Both the position numbers and the translations under genes were made by a program. From positions 9,713 to 73,712 of the forward strand of contig JAUWGS010000004.1 in the NCBI GenBank assembly GCA_030606285.1: DNA of 64,000 nucleotides, in the 5' to 3' direction. The notes beneath the pieces are model-generated. The model saw nothing but the letters and a program-made list of their open reading frames with translations. It was not told the DNA's origin and did not search any database. This stretch comes from Planctomycetales bacterium. Lineage in GTDB: Bacteria; 4484-113. Below, piece after piece: positions 62,744-64,000 of the stretch (its first letter is position 1; each line of letters opens with the position of its first letter).

Positions 62744-63867
62744 ATAATCTGCGGCTTGCGGAGCTTACGCGGCTTGCCCGCGTGCGCGCCCTTCTTGCCG
62801 TTTAGCTCAAGGAGCGACGTGAGGAGCTGTTTCTCGTTTCGGCTGAGCTTACGCGGCATATCAAGCTCCACCTGAAGATGAAGATCACCCGAACCTGCTC
62901 CGGTCAGCCTGGGAAGGCCCTGGCTGCGAAGGGTTATCACATCCCCCGGCTGCGTCCCCCGTGGCACCTTGACGCGCACGTTGTCACCCGAGAGGTGCTT
63001 CACTACCACATCCGCACCGAGCACGAGTTCGGGGTATGCCATCGGCAGTTTTGCCAGCAGGTCGGGCCCGTCCACTTCGAACACAGGATCGGGACTGACG
63101 CGCACTCGTAGGAGCATGTCGCCGTTGCGCCCGCCTCCTGTTCCGGCGTTCCCGCTGCCTGCAAGACGCATGACCGTACCATTACCGACTCCTGCGGGTA
63201 TTGTCACGTCGACCACACGGTCCCGGGCTGTGACCCCAGTCCCGCGACACGCTTTGCAGGGCGATTCGATCATCTGACCGCTGCCCCTGCACACAGGACA
63301 AGGTGCAGCGGTCGAGAAGACTCCCAGGAATGTCTGGCGGGTGGATGAGACCATCCCGCTGCCCCGGCACTGCTGGCACGTTGTTGGCTGAGTGCCCGGC
63401 TCGGCCCGCGAGCCATGACATTCAGGACACGGCTCGAGTCGTCGTGCCTTGATCGTCACCTGTTGCTCTGTGAGCACGTCTTTCAGCCCGAAGGTTATCG
63501 TCTCAACGATGTCCTCGCCCTCAGAGTAGGCCGGGTCGCGGGGACGATGCCGGGATGACGCAAAGGGTCCTCCGCCGAAGCCGCCCCCGAAAAAGAACTC
63601 AAAGATGTCAGCTACACTGCCAAACCGGTCAAATCCCACGCCGCCTGGCCGTACAGTTCCGAACTGGTCGTACTGCGCACGTTTGGACGGGTCGGAGAGT
63701 ATCTCGTAAGCCATAGTTACGTGCTTGAAACGCTCTTCGAGCTCGGCGTTGCCCGGGTTGTGGTCGGGATGGCACTTGTGGGCGAGACGCCTGTACGCGC
63801 CCTTGATGTCCTCCTGCGATGCATTCGGGCTTACTTCGAGGATTTTGTAAAGGTCAACTGTCATCAT
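62740..63867 (-). CDS. dnaJ: molecular chaperone DnaJ
   Basis: J-domain DLYKILEV...AYRRLAHKCHPDHNPG, a G/F region, and four CxxCxGxG zinc-finger repeats. Confidence 0.95.
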   Translation of the reverse strand: MMTVDLYKILEVSPNASQEDIKGAYRRLAHKCHPDHNPGNAELEERFKHVTMAYEILSDPSKRAQYDQFGTVRPGGVGFDRFGSVADIFEFFFGGGFGGGPFASSRHRPRDPAYSEGEDIVETITFGLKDVLTEQQVTIKARRLEPCPECHGSRAEPGTQPTTCQQCRGSGMVSSTRQTFLGVFSTAAPCPVCRGSGQMIESPCKACRGTGVTARDRVVDVTIPAGVGNGTVMRLAGSGNAGTGGGRNGDMLLRVRVSPDPVFEVDGPDLLAKLPMAYPELVLGADVVVKHLSGDNVRVKVPRGTQPGDVITLRSQGLPRLTGAGSGDLHLQVELDMPRKLSRNEKQLLTSLLELNGKKGAHAGKPRKLRKPQII

Positions 63868-64000
63868 CGTCCGATCCCTGTCGCCACTCGTCGATGACCT
63901 GGCTCATCGCCCGCGCGACCCGCAGAACCAGCGGCAGCGCCCGCGAATAGTACAACCTAGTGGGGCCCACGACTCCCACTCGGCCGCCGGTGCCCTCACC
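63854..64000 (-). CDS. hrcA: heat-inducible transcription repressor HrcA, C-terminal 48 aa (partial at window edge)
   Basis: The hand-translated reverse frame reads GEGTGGRVGVVGPTRLYYSRALPLVLRVARAMSQVIDEWRQGSDDDDS*. G(V/I)IGPTR(M/L).Y is the conserved HrcA C-terminal block. The stop (63854-63856) overlaps the dnaJ start. Confidence 0.7.
   Translation of the reverse strand, partial: GEGTGGRVGVVGPTRLYYSRALPLVLRVARAMSQVIDEWRQGSDDDDS

Overview
About 64 kb of gene-dense, GC-rich (roughly 60% by eye, not computed) bacterial chromosome, probably from an uncultivated, lipoprotein-rich organism. The taxon cannot be set from sequence alone. No similarity search was possible, so all family calls rest on motifs read by eye from the ORF translations. 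Housekeeping content: rsmG-parA; an aroK-aroB-DAHP synthase operon; rpoD; yebC-ruvC-ruvA; rtcB; rarA; an xerC/D-like recombinase; dnaJ; the 3' end of hrcA; tRNA-Leu(CAG); and a stand-alone 5S rRNA gene with its own consensus promoter and T-run. Accessory content of note: (1) a 1,466-aa cytoplasmic TIR / ~900-aa coiled-coil / TPR protein followed by a CPBP (Abi-family) protease, sitting between the xerC-like gene and rarA. This is my best candidate for an undescribed system. (2) A paralogous family of four large lipoproteins at two loci with a conserved N-terminal module and dockerin-like double F-hand repeats. One also carries a C-terminal cohesin-like module, and a PKD/propeller giant lipoprotein lies nearby. 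(3) A ~1.5 kb repeat-riddled stretch of GC-rich hairpin/MITE-like units bounded by CTGTAGGG...CCCTACAG. (4) An rtcB-GNAT-DUF433-PIN-like locus in which the PIN-like toxin gene is truncated by diverged remnants of a second rtcB/GNAT copy. (5) Two AT-richer orphan-gene islands. (6) A fused double-DUF1538 membrane protein with a PII-like partner. (7) RelE/ParE and DUF433/PIN toxin-antitoxin pairs. (8) Recurrent (TG)nTAnAAT boxes 6-11 nt upstream of start codons, suggesting many leaderless mRNAs. No CRISPR array, transposase, integrase-bounded island or prophage was seen.
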